Made by a program: the position numbers and the translations under genes. A stretch of 64,000 bases of DNA from Turneriella sp. (GTDB taxonomy: Bacteria; Spirochaetota; Leptospiria; Turneriellales; Turneriellaceae): contig CBDIID010000003.1 of the NCBI GenBank assembly GCA_965279515.1, positions 4,320,001 through 4,384,000 of the forward strand, in the 5' to 3' direction. Shown here piece by piece: positions 29,073 through 38,368 of this stretch; positions within the stretch are counted from its first letter, which is position 1, and each line of letters opens with the position of its first letter. The notes beneath the pieces were generated by a model. That model ran no database searches. It was not told where the DNA came from and saw only the letters and a list, made by a program, of their open reading frames with translations.

Positions 29073-29616
29073 GCATGATGCTCTTGTGCGTGCGCGCAAA
29101 GTGGCGGTAGAGTCCGCCTTTTTCGACGAGGCAGCGGCGCCAGAGATCGGCATCGGGGTCGTGGAAGATCAGATCGGCGCGCGCGTCGATCACTGTCCAG
29201 CTGTTGGTTCTCAGTTCATATTCAAGCTGGCCTGTCGCCCAGCCGGCATAACCCGCGTAACGCCGGTACGGTAATTTTTCGCCGGCAAGTTCGGTGATGA
29301 GGTCGTCAGAGCTTTCAAAATAAACCCCGTCGATAACCGCCTGGTCGGTGGCAAGCTGCGCCGAGCTGTGCAAAAGCGAACGGTGGTCGGGGTCGACCGG
29401 GCCACCCTTGAAGAGCGGGTGTTTGCGGCGGCGGTCACCGGGCAGCAAATGGTTGAGAACGAGGCCCAGCGAACCCCGGGCGTCATGGTCGACGATCAGC
29501 ACAACGCTTTTATTAAAATGCCCGTCGAGTATAGCTGAGCTGGCGATGAGCAGCTTACCCTTGAGAGGAGGAAAGTCGTCCATGGTCCATGGCTGGACGC
29601 GGGTTTGCGCTGGCAA
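29065..29616 (-). CDS. YqgE/AlgH (UPF0301) family protein
   Basis: LLIAS, FNKSVVLI, GLVLN, GGPV, GYAGWATGQLEYE...SW. Confidence 0.9.
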   Translation of the reverse strand: MPAQTRVQPWTMDDFPPLKGKLLIASSAILDGHFNKSVVLIVDHDARGSLGLVLNHLLPGDRRRKHPLFKGGPVDPDHRSLLHSSAQLATDQAVIDGVYFESSDDLITELAGEKLPYRRYAGYAGWATGQLEYELRTNSWTVIDARADLIFHDPDADLWRRCLVEKGGLYRHFARTHKSIMLN

Positions 29617-29636
29617 GAAGTCAGCGGAGAGATTTT

Positions 29637-31652
29637 TTAGCCGTGGATAGATTTAAGCTGCTCGATGAGCGATAGCTGTATATACTGGTTGAGCGCCCTG
29701 GTATCCGCTGCATCGTTGCCGAATTTGCGCACAATCTGCGTCGCGGCATTGCCGATCTCGTTTGAGAGAAAGCTTTGCGTGATCTCGGGCAATTTACGCG
29801 TCATCGAATAGAGGCGTTTCGCGCGGGTCGAAACCTCGCTCTCTACCCGCTCGGTGAGTTGTTTGCGTGCATCGCCGAGTTTGATATTCCATAACTCCGC
29901 GAATTTGCGGATCATTTCGGGTGCGGTTTTTTCGCCGATGAGCCGGGTCTCGACCATCGCCAGGATACGGTGCCAGTCTGTGTCTTTAAGCAGGCCTGCG
30001 CCACGCGCAGCCGGCTCTTCTTCTTTTTCCGGTGCAGGCGCGGCAGCCGTACTGATGAGTCCGAACAGGCTTGCGAGAAAACGCAGCAGAGGGTAGCGGT
30101 AGAGGAACGGCAGTTCGGCACGTACACGGCCATAGATCTCGCGGCGGTTGAGTTCGAGCAACAGGTGTATTGGTTTGAAGATCACGCGGTTACCTATAAT
30201 GAAGTAGGTCTCCTGCAGGTTGGTGCTCACGGGGTGGCGGGTGACGACGTGGAAGGCATTGATGATTGCCTGTGGGTTGAGCAGCAACGCCGAAAAAACC
30301 GGTTCCTGGTTTTTCACATACTTGGCCACATCTTCGGCGAAAAATTCGTCGAATTCCATCGCCGAGCGGCTTTCGTTCTTCAGCATCAGCGCATACCACA
30401 TCTTGCGGAAACGCGTGAGCAGTTCAGTGCGCACGCGCTTGCGTTCCGATTCGAAAAAGATCAGCAACGCCTCGCGGTGAATAAAAAATTCCTCTTCGTG
30501 CAGCCGGAATTTCAGCAGCGCCGGCAATAGCTCGCGCTCTTCGGCCTGGAAGACCGAGAATTCGGCGAGCATTTCCTGCACGACGTTTTCAATCTCGTTT
30601 GAGTTGAGAATCGAAGCCATGACTTCGAGTCCCGAAGTTCCTTTTACGACTTTCTGTATGATGTCTGTGCGGTTGAGCAGGGCAGGATAATCCGCCATCA
30701 TGTTGAGAAGTTTTAAGGCATTCTCGCGCACCTTGTCGCGGTTGTTTTTTTCGGATTCGAGCCAGGCTTCATAACCCTTGAATGCCTCGACAATACGCGC
30801 CGCCTGGATCAGGGTCAGCATGCCCTTCTTGTCTTTATCGATCGTAAAATATGCAGCGAGCCGGTTTGCGAGATTCACAAAGTAGAGCGGTATCTCCGCT
30901 TCGTTGTGTGAAAGAATATGCGTGATACGTTCGATGCTCGTCGATTTCTGCGGCATGATGCTCATCATATCTTTGACGAGGTCTTCGCCGAGGCGGTTCT
31001 GCGCCGCGGTCATGATCACGTTTTTCAGTTTCATGAGACTGACTTCCATGAGGATGTCGATCGTCGGCGCTGTCACGGCGACAGGCATGGGCACATCCGT
31101 AAAGCGGAGCAGAATGATGCGTTTTTCTTCTTTCAGACGATGGTTTGAACCGCTGGCGATTTCCTGGACCGGGACTTCGATATGGTTTTCGGGCAGAAGG
31201 TAACGGCGCAGCATATCGTCATCGGGGAAGGGCAATGCCGAATTCGACTGCATCTGCCCGTAATAATCGTCGATAAAGAGCGACGCCGGGTCCGTGAGGC
31301 GGATACGCAGGATCTCCCCGCCGTCGACCTCGATCTCTATGAATTTTTTGTCGCGCAGCCCGTAAGCCGTCTGCGTGATGAGGCGGCGCACGTTGGGCAG
31401 CGTTTTGAGTTTCTGGATATTTTCATCATTGCCGCGGCTGAGCAGGGAGTCGGTGACGCGCGCCGCTGAAAAAGAAATCGTATCATTCTCCACGGCATAG
31501 CGCGCATACGATTCGAGTACGATGAGTTCGTCTTCCAGCAGGGGAATTGCGCGTGCAAACTCCTTGAATTGAATCTCGTCCAGATCTACGTAAAATGGCT
31601 TAAAGTCTGAGGCCACTGTTTCTATTTTCGACACATTGGGCCCAAAATTCAA
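29637..31652 (-). CDS. Hypothetical mostly helical cytoplasmic protein, 671 aa
   Basis: Long ORF that fits tightly between sppA and algH-like on the same strand. TTG start. No recognised motif. Confidence 0.75.
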   Translation of the reverse strand: MNFGPNVSKIETVASDFKPFYVDLDEIQFKEFARAIPLLEDELIVLESYARYAVENDTISFSAARVTDSLLSRGNDENIQKLKTLPNVRRLITQTAYGLRDKKFIEIEVDGGEILRIRLTDPASLFIDDYYGQMQSNSALPFPDDDMLRRYLLPENHIEVPVQEIASGSNHRLKEEKRIILLRFTDVPMPVAVTAPTIDILMEVSLMKLKNVIMTAAQNRLGEDLVKDMMSIMPQKSTSIERITHILSHNEAEIPLYFVNLANRLAAYFTIDKDKKGMLTLIQAARIVEAFKGYEAWLESEKNNRDKVRENALKLLNMMADYPALLNRTDIIQKVVKGTSGLEVMASILNSNEIENVVQEMLAEFSVFQAEERELLPALLKFRLHEEEFFIHREALLIFFESERKRVRTELLTRFRKMWYALMLKNESRSAMEFDEFFAEDVAKYVKNQEPVFSALLLNPQAIINAFHVVTRHPVSTNLQETYFIIGNRVIFKPIHLLLELNRREIYGRVRAELPFLYRYPLLRFLASLFGLISTAAAPAPEKEEEPAARGAGLLKDTDWHRILAMVETRLIGEKTAPEMIRKFAELWNIKLGDARKQLTERVESEVSTRAKRLYSMTRKLPEITQSFLSNEIGNAATQIVRKFGNDAADTRALNQYIQLSLIEQLKSIHG

Positions 31653-31675
31653 GCCATCGCCGGGGCTAAAGAAAA

Positions 31676-33388
31676 TTAAAAGTGCAGAAAGCGGGTTTCG
31701 AGCGCATACACGCCCGCCTTGGCAAAATCCGCGAAGGCCATGACGCGTGAGAGGCCGAACGGCAGCATCGAGCGGTTAAAGAGCGATTCCCTGACTGCTG
31801 GCAAAATAACGACGTCGACGGCCCGGTTCGCGGGAATACCCAGATCATGGCGCAATGCCTGGAGCGTGCCGGATATCCCCCCCTCGGCGTCGGTCAGGCC
31901 CAAGGCCTGCGCCTTTTTACCGGAAAAGACCCTGCCCGAGGCATGGCGCTCGATCGCAGCCACATCGCGCTTGCGGCCGATGGCGACATCGCGTAAGAAC
32001 TGTCCATAAACTTCGTGCATGTTGTCGCGGATGGCCTTTTTATGTTCGCCGTTGAAATCGGAAAAGGCTGAAAAAGCCGGTGAGGGATTTTTCTTTGGTG
32101 CGCGGTCGATGCTGACTCCCCATTTGTTGAGTAGCGGTGCGACATTGAATTTGCCGCCGACGACGCCGATCGAACCTGTGATGCTCATCGGCGTCGAAAA
32201 TACCCTGTCGCCTACCGCCGAGAGATAATAGCCGCCCGAGGCTGCAACATTGCCCTGTGAAACATAGACGGGGATGGATTCCTTTTCAGATTTTTCTTTT
32301 TTCTTTGCGTCTGCTTCGTGCCGTTCGCTTTCTATTTTACCCGTGGAAAGCATCCATTCGCGCCACAACAGTTGCGATACCAATGCTGAGCCCCCGGGAC
32401 TGTTCACGCGCAAAAGGACAGCGTCAAAACCGTCTTCGGCCAGCGCGTCAGAAATCTGCTCGTAATCCGGCCAGTTAATCGTGCCGGGCCGCGACTCAGC
32501 GCTTTCAATGATATTTCCTTCGGCGACGACAAGCGCGATCCGCTCATTCTTACGGAAATTAAAAAGCCTGAAGTTTTTTCTGCGGATGATTTTGCTGAGC
32601 GAATATTCGTCGACGATTCGCATCTTCTTTTCAGCATCTCCGCCATCGCGGAACTCTGTGAGGCTGAGCGTTGCGTCGACAAACTGATAACCGCGTGCAG
32701 CGACGGCTCCCATAATTTTGCGGTTCTTTCTGGCCATAAGGGCAGGCGATTTTTCTGCAATGGCGCTGAAAAAAGTCGATTCGAGATCGGCTATGAGTTC
32801 TTCTGTTTGGCGCCTTGCCGCGGGCGACATGCCGGTGCGGGTGAAAATTTCAGCGGCGCTTTTAAATTCGCCTACCGATAAAAATTGCGGGCGGATGCCC
32901 AGTTTTGCCAGCAGGCTTTGTATAAAGAGTGACTCGCTTGTGAACGGAGAGAAATCAAAGGCCGCCGTTTCGGGCGTCACGATCTTATCGGCGCCGCTGG
33001 CGATGAATGCGGATATTTTATCGTCGGCCAGAAGATATGTCTCGACCGTGACGCCTGCGGCGCGCAGTTTTTTAACAAGGTCACGCAGCTCCCAGGCCTG
33101 CGCCCAGCCGAGATTGTGCGGCTCGATGGTCATCCGCATTTTTTTCAGGCGGATTTTTTTCTGTTCCACCGCCGCTAAGGCCTCGGCAAGATCGAGCGCC
33201 AGAAGATAGAAGCGGTCTTTCGCCGGTTTAAAATAGGACCAGATACCGTGCGACAGGGGCGCTTCGGTAAAATCCGCTTTCAGCGTTATCTCAAGCAACA
33301 GATTACGGTGCCGCGCGCGGACTTTGACGACGAGAAACCAAATGAACCGCAGCGGAAGGACCAGGACAAGAAATGCTATGCGGAACAT
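31676..33388 (-). CDS. sppA: Signal peptide peptidase SppA (S49, two-domain type)
   Basis: VGEFKSAAE, LRVNSPGGSAL, VAASGGYY, TGSIGV, GRVFSG. Start set at ATG 33388 (MFRIAF..TM). Confidence 0.88.
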   Translation of the reverse strand: MFRIAFLVLVLPLRFIWFLVVKVRARHRNLLLEITLKADFTEAPLSHGIWSYFKPAKDRFYLLALDLAEALAAVEQKKIRLKKMRMTIEPHNLGWAQAWELRDLVKKLRAAGVTVETYLLADDKISAFIASGADKIVTPETAAFDFSPFTSESLFIQSLLAKLGIRPQFLSVGEFKSAAEIFTRTGMSPAARRQTEELIADLESTFFSAIAEKSPALMARKNRKIMGAVAARGYQFVDATLSLTEFRDGGDAEKKMRIVDEYSLSKIIRRKNFRLFNFRKNERIALVVAEGNIIESAESRPGTINWPDYEQISDALAEDGFDAVLLRVNSPGGSALVSQLLWREWMLSTGKIESERHEADAKKKEKSEKESIPVYVSQGNVAASGGYYLSAVGDRVFSTPMSITGSIGVVGGKFNVAPLLNKWGVSIDRAPKKNPSPAFSAFSDFNGEHKKAIRDNMHEVYGQFLRDVAIGRKRDVAAIERHASGRVFSGKKAQALGLTDAEGGISGTLQALRHDLGIPANRAVDVVILPAVRESLFNRSMLPFGLSRVMAFADFAKAGVYALETRFLHF

Positions 33389-33499
33389 GGGTTTGAAACA
33401 GGGCTTTGCATCAGGCCGCAAAGTAAGAAATAGCCCGGGCCGGGACAACAGATCGTTGTACAGAACCGGGCCCGTCAGGTCGATATTTGTAAGGCCGCT

Positions 33500-34537
33500 A
33501 TGATCACAACTTTTCCCCATCCGCGCCTGGCGCTGTTTCTTGTTTATCTCACCTGCTTTGTTTTTTGCGCGGGTAAAACCACGCGTCCCCCGGTTGGTAC
33601 AGAACCCGGTTTCGCGCGCGCTTCGGCCAACGTGGCCACATTTCCCGAAGGCGCCGACAAAAGCCTGCCGCAGGTCAAAAAATTTACGCACGAAGATATC
33701 ACGTTTTATGCCTGGTCGAAAGATTTCGCGCGCGGCCACGCCATTCTGCTGGAAATTGAATCAACGAAGAGCCTTTCAGGGCTGGGCCTCTTTGTCAACG
33801 CGCGCGAGTTAAAACTCATTCGCGGCGAGGGCTGCATGTTTGCACTGTACGCCAATTCGCCCGACAGCAAACGGACGAAAAACGAAATTGAAATCCGGCG
33901 CGCGGGCAGCATGGTCACACAATTTGAATTGCCCGTCGTGCAGCTTGAATATCCGGTTGCGAAATCGAAATTGACTGTGAATAATTTCTCCAACGCCACG
34001 AAGCCGGCGTCGAAAGAGACCCTCGAATGGATCGAAGAAAGCCGAAAAAAGAAAATCAAGGCTTTCGTTTCTGTAGATGAAAATTTCCTCTCTTCAGAAA
34101 TCCGTTACCCGCGCGACGAGCATAAGATCACGTCGCCTTTTCATATCAAACGCGTCTACGAACGTTTCAAGGTAGTTAAGGGGAAAAAAAAGGCGCTGCC
34201 CGGCAAGACCTCATTCCACGGCGGCACCGACCTCAAGGGACTCACCGGAGCGCCCATTTTTGCAATCGCTGACGGTCACGTAAATCTCTCAGACCACCTG
34301 TTTTACGATGGTAAGGTCGTTATTCTTGATCACGGCTATGGTGTGCTCAGCGGCTACCTGCACCAAAGTGAACTTCTGGTAAAGAACGGCGAGCGCGTAA
34401 AGGCCGGCCAGTTGCTGGGTAAAACCGGCGCCACCGGAATGGTACAAGGACCGCACCTGCATCTTTTTCTGAACATCCACGGTGTAAAAACTGACCCATT
34501 AAGTTTTCTCGTGTTGCCGATCCGGCCCGCGAAGTAA
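33500..34537 (+). CDS. M23 family metallopeptidase
   Basis: HGGTD (HxxxD), ILDHG, YLH, GPHLH; N-terminal hydrophobic segment. Confidence 0.9.
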   Translation: MITTFPHPRLALFLVYLTCFVFCAGKTTRPPVGTEPGFARASANVATFPEGADKSLPQVKKFTHEDITFYAWSKDFARGHAILLEIESTKSLSGLGLFVNARELKLIRGEGCMFALYANSPDSKRTKNEIEIRRAGSMVTQFELPVVQLEYPVAKSKLTVNNFSNATKPASKETLEWIEESRKKKIKAFVSVDENFLSSEIRYPRDEHKITSPFHIKRVYERFKVVKGKKKALPGKTSFHGGTDLKGLTGAPIFAIADGHVNLSDHLFYDGKVVILDHGYGVLSGYLHQSELLVKNGERVKAGQLLGKTGATGMVQGPHLHLFLNIHGVKTDPLSFLVLPIRPAK

Positions 34538-35031
34538 TGGCGGCGCCAGGCAATCAGCTGCCGCTTCTCGTCGCGGCAGCGGTTATTCTCATCGCCGCGG
34601 GGATTCTTATCGGCATGTCGCTGGCGCGCCTCAGGGCAGAGCATCGCTTTGTGGAAATTCTGCGGCAAAAAGAAACCGAGTGGATGGCTGTGGCGGAAGA
34701 AAATAAGCGCGTTTCGCTCGCCAAATCACGCGCCGTGATCGGCGGTCATTTTAGCGAACAGCTCGCACCGTTTCTGCCCGATTTTCCGTTTGATCCGACA
34801 GAGGCGCGTTTCGTCGGTAAACCTGTCGACTTTGTTGTTTTCCGCGGTCTCGCCGAAGGGCGCGTCAGCAGCGTCGCTTTTGTCGAAGTGAAATCGGGTT
34901 CCAGCCGGCTGAATCGCAATGAAATCTCCGTGCGCGACGCGATAGAAAATAAACGCGTTGAGTTTGTCGAGTACCGGGTTCCGGCGGGTCTTACGGCCCC
35001 TGAAAAAAATGCCGCCTCAGAGCACGGCTAA
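34537..35031 (+). CDS. Membrane-anchored Holliday-junction-resolvase-like endonuclease (Endonuc_Holl type)
   Basis: N-terminal TM, SRAVIGG..SEQLAPFLPDF, RFVGKPVDFVVF.G, FVEVKSG (PD-D/ExK). Confidence 0.85.
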   Translation: MAAPGNQLPLLVAAAVILIAAGILIGMSLARLRAEHRFVEILRQKETEWMAVAEENKRVSLAKSRAVIGGHFSEQLAPFLPDFPFDPTEARFVGKPVDFVVFRGLAEGRVSSVAFVEVKSGSSRLNRNEISVRDAIENKRVEFVEYRVPAGLTAPEKNAASEHG

Positions 35032-35724
35032 AATCGCATTCCGCACAACCGGGTAAACTTCCGCAAGGGGTAATCCGCGCTCGATTTCAAATGTGATCGT
35101 CGGTATCTGTCTTTCCCAGCCAGCATAGGTGCCCAATGAACCCGGTGTCGGGTAACCGATGTCTTCGGTGATTTCATATTTCAGATGTTCATGCATCTTT
35201 TCAGCAAAGCTGCGCGCCGGGCCGTTGATGTTGAACATCGGTTTCCAGGAATGCAGCGAGAGAATGAACTCGGGTTTAAATTCTTCGAGAATGTTCAGCA
35301 GCAGCTTTGTTTCGGGCTCTGAGTTCGCTTCGGGCCCCGAATAATATTTCTCGCCAGGTTCGTTCTTTTTCCAGTCTTTGGTAGCCATGTTGCGGTTGAG
35401 GTCGACAGCATTGCCATTGTGACGCGAGCAGGCGAGAAAACCATCGGGGCTCAGCACGGGAATAAAAAGCAGGTCGCTTGAGGTTGCAGGTGTTTTGCCG
35501 CCGCTCATAAATTCGTCGAAAAAACCTTTTGTCGCGGCGACACCTTCAGTTTCATTGCCATGCACCCCGCCGACGAAAAGCACGCGCCTTGTTCCCGAGG
35601 TGAATCTTTTGCCATAAATTGGATTTCTCCCGGCGGAAAGACCCAGGGTATCCAGTGTGGCAAATGATGCGAGAACGTTTTGGGGAGATGCGAATTTTTC
35701 GGAGGCTTTGAGTTCTTCGGCCAT
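35017..35724 (-). CDS. M14 zinc carboxypeptidase, MpaA (murein peptide amidase A)-like
   Basis: GGVHGNETEG, PDG, N.NAVDLNRN, SEPET, LSLHS, IGYPTPGSLGTY, ITFE. Confidence 0.85.
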   Translation of the reverse strand: MAEELKASEKFASPQNVLASFATLDTLGLSAGRNPIYGKRFTSGTRRVLFVGGVHGNETEGVAATKGFFDEFMSGGKTPATSSDLLFIPVLSPDGFLACSRHNGNAVDLNRNMATKDWKKNEPGEKYYSGPEANSEPETKLLLNILEEFKPEFILSLHSWKPMFNINGPARSFAEKMHEHLKYEITEDIGYPTPGSLGTYAGWERQIPTITFEIERGLPLAEVYPVVRNAILAVL

Positions 35725-35731
35725 AAATATC

Positions 35732-36640
35732 CTAGGCAATGAGCTGCGGCGACTGCAGTGCCACGGCGTTGCGGTATGTGTTATAGAGAAGCATGGCGAT
35801 TGTCATCGGTCCCACACCGCCCGGCACGGGCGTATAAAAAGAAGCCTTTTCCGCAACGGGGCCGAGGTCGAGGTCTCCTGTAACCTTGCCATCGATGCGG
35901 TGCATCCCCACGTCGACGACAATGGCCCCGGGCTTGATGTCGCGGGTATCGACAACGCCGCGCACCCCTGTGGCGCTGACGAGAATGTCGGCATCGCGCA
36001 CCAACGCGGAAAGATTCTGGGTTTTAGAATGGCAGGTTGTCACTGTCATATTGAGTACCGACAACAGCAACTGCGCCATGGGTTTACCCACAATGTTCGA
36101 ACGCCCGACGACCACGGCATGCTTACCCGTCAGGTTTTGCCCGAGTTGCATCAGCATGAGCATGATACCGGCTGGTGTGCACGATAGCACTGTTTCTTCG
36201 CCGGCAAGCAGTTTACCCTGATTTACATAGTGGAAGCCGTCTGCGTCTTTTTCGGGAATGATGGCCTGCAGAATCTGGCGCTCATTGAGGTGTTTGGGCA
36301 GGGGTAGCTGTACGAGAATACCATGCACGTTCGGGTCGTGGTTGAATTCATGGATTTTAGCCACGATCTCTTCTTGTTGTGTTTGCGCGGGCAGGCGTAC
36401 GAGCTGCGAAAAATAACCCAGTTCCTGCGCTGCTTTTTCCTTGCTGGCAACATAGATCTGCGATGCTGCATCGTCGCCGACCAGAATCACGGCAAGGCCG
36501 GGTTTTATTGCATGGGCAGCGGTTTCTTCCTTAAGATGGCCGCGCACCAGCTCGGCGAGCTTTTTGCCCATGAGTTTTTTCCCGTCGATCCAGCTTTCGG
36601 GAGCAAACTTCACTTTGGGCAGGGAGTCAATTAACGGCAC
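35732..36640 (-). CDS. folD: Methylenetetrahydrofolate dehydrogenase/cyclohydrolase
   Basis: PGLAVILVG, YVASK, GILVQLPLP, KDADG, CTPAG, GRSNIVGKP, TPVPGGVGPMT. Confidence 0.97.
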   Translation of the reverse strand: MPLIDSLPKVKFAPESWIDGKKLMGKKLAELVRGHLKEETAAHAIKPGLAVILVGDDAASQIYVASKEKAAQELGYFSQLVRLPAQTQQEEIVAKIHEFNHDPNVHGILVQLPLPKHLNERQILQAIIPEKDADGFHYVNQGKLLAGEETVLSCTPAGIMLMLMQLGQNLTGKHAVVVGRSNIVGKPMAQLLLSVLNMTVTTCHSKTQNLSALVRDADILVSATGVRGVVDTRDIKPGAIVVDVGMHRIDGKVTGDLDLGPVAEKASFYTPVPGGVGPMTIAMLLYNTYRNAVALQSPQLIA

Positions 36641-36678
36641 GCCGCAACAAACGGAGGGGGAGACATGCCTTCAAGCAG

Positions 36679-38283
36679 TTACGATTTGAACAACAGCTCA
36701 AACGGGATCGCCTGAATATGCGGCCGTGCATAGATTTTATGCTGGTAGATCGGCCGGCGGTCTTCGTCCGTATACGATTTTCCTGCCTGTTTTTGCAGCA
36801 TGCGAGAAAGCCGCCATGCATCGCCGGCCTCTTTTTGTCTAAGCACGCTGACGAAATGCCCGTGAAAGGCTTCGGTAGAAAAATCCTGCGCTTCCATAAT
36901 CTCGCGCAGCGTCTTCCGGGTGAAATCCCTGATCTCGGCGGCAAAGCTGTCGCCGTGCAGGTTTTGCAGCCGGGTGTAATTCATGAGACTGGTGACAATC
37001 ACCGCGTAGGGTTCGTCAGATTTCGCCAGGCTGTCTTCGCAGGCGGTGATAAAATTCCGGATTGCCATGACGGGGTTATCCGCATGTTTTAATGCCGATG
37101 TGGCGTGGTCCCTGAGGCGTGAGACGTGGTTCTGCATCACGTAGTGATCGATCATCGAGCCCAGTGCTGTGACCTTTTCTTTTTCGCCGTCGGCGATAAA
37201 CGCCACGGCAAGAATTTCCTGGCGATGCAGTACTTTGTGCGCAAAAACCTGGCGGTATTTGGCGAGAAAAGAAAAACCTTCCGAGCTTTCGAAATCCGCT
37301 GCGGCAAATGAGGTCTGCCCGTTTTTAATTTTCTCGATGATGGCATCGACGAGATTGACTTCGAGGTGCGCCACCTGTTCGGCCGGAAAGCCCGTGGCAA
37401 AATGCCGCCTCAGGAAAAAATCTTCGCGCGTCATGAGCAGCAGCGCGGTGTCGGGAAAATGGCGGGTCAGCTCGGCCTCGAGCACGTCTTTCAGCGATTC
37501 GTGGTTGTCGAGCTTGCCGAGGTTTGTGACAAACTCTGCCGCGTAATCCTGGAACATCTGGGCACGGCTGAGCTTTTGGTTTTTTTCTTCGGCGCCCGAA
37601 ACCAGTTTCAGCTGGGCTTCCATAGCGCCGAGCAGCTCGCCGCAGATTTTCAGATAGAAGAGGTCGTCTGAGCTTAAGAGCGATGCGCCCTGCGGCGGGT
37701 TGATGAGAATGACACCGCGGAGTTCCTCATAACGGAATACCGGCGCGGCATAACGTGCGCCCAGCGAACCGAGAAATTTGACTTCGCGCTCGGAAAATGA
37801 CGCCAGGAAGTCGTCCACGAGAATTGCTTTCTTCTCTTTTGCCAGCGCCTCGCAGAGTTTATTGTTTGCGGCAAAGGAATGGTCTGAAGCGAGAGTGAAG
37901 CCGAGCGCGTATTTGAGTTCCATGCGCGTGTCGTCTTCCATGAAGAGAGCGATGTATTTGGTGCCGAGCTGCGCCATCAGCGAGTAGGCGATGACCTGCC
38001 AGAGATCGGCCGCCGAGCGCACCTGGCCAAATTCCTTGTAGATTTCAATCAGGTTCAGCATCGAATCGAGGCGCGATTTATGCCCCATGGTTTCGGGGAA
38101 ATCAGCCGCGGCAACGACGGCTTTCTTCATTTCGGGGCGCGCAGCCTCGCCCTGCGGTGCGCTTGCCTCAGGCGGATGGCTCTTGGGTTTGTTGAGGTCG
38201 GGCTTGAGTTCGAGGCCTAAATCGACGCCCTGCGAAGATCCAACGGCTTTAGAATAGTCGCTGGCCCGCTCGCGGAGTCCCAT
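36679..38283 (-). CDS. GAF-domain protein with C-terminal degenerate GGDEF-like domain
   Basis: GAF-like AAPVFRYEELRGVILI..DDLFYL, a second GAF-like segment, then YAVIVTSLMNY..LQNLHG...DFSTEAFHGHFVSVL in GGDEF-fold spacing. Confidence 0.62.
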   Translation of the reverse strand: MGLRERASDYSKAVGSSQGVDLGLELKPDLNKPKSHPPEASAPQGEAARPEMKKAVVAAADFPETMGHKSRLDSMLNLIEIYKEFGQVRSAADLWQVIAYSLMAQLGTKYIALFMEDDTRMELKYALGFTLASDHSFAANNKLCEALAKEKKAILVDDFLASFSEREVKFLGSLGARYAAPVFRYEELRGVILINPPQGASLLSSDDLFYLKICGELLGAMEAQLKLVSGAEEKNQKLSRAQMFQDYAAEFVTNLGKLDNHESLKDVLEAELTRHFPDTALLLMTREDFFLRRHFATGFPAEQVAHLEVNLVDAIIEKIKNGQTSFAAADFESSEGFSFLAKYRQVFAHKVLHRQEILAVAFIADGEKEKVTALGSMIDHYVMQNHVSRLRDHATSALKHADNPVMAIRNFITACEDSLAKSDEPYAVIVTSLMNYTRLQNLHGDSFAAEIRDFTRKTLREIMEAQDFSTEAFHGHFVSVLRQKEAGDAWRLSRMLQKQAGKSYTDEDRRPIYQHKIYARPHIQAIPFELLFKS

Positions 38284-38315
38284 GGCTTAAGCTCCCCTGA
38301 CGGGGAGGTTATGTT

Positions 38316-38349
38316 TTAAGGGGGTCATGCGACCCCCTTAATAACCCCG
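38316..38349. repeat. Palindromic element copy 2
   Basis: TTAAGGGGGTC-ATGC-GACCCCCTTAA then TAACCCCG. Matches the 6824-6854 architecture. Confidence 0.7.
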
Positions 38350-38368
38350 CAAAAATTTGCCGGCATGC

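Noticed and set aside
33389..33739. N-terminal extension of the sppA ORF
   Set aside because: Overlaps the divergent M23 gene; the TM-bearing start at 33388 is more plausible.
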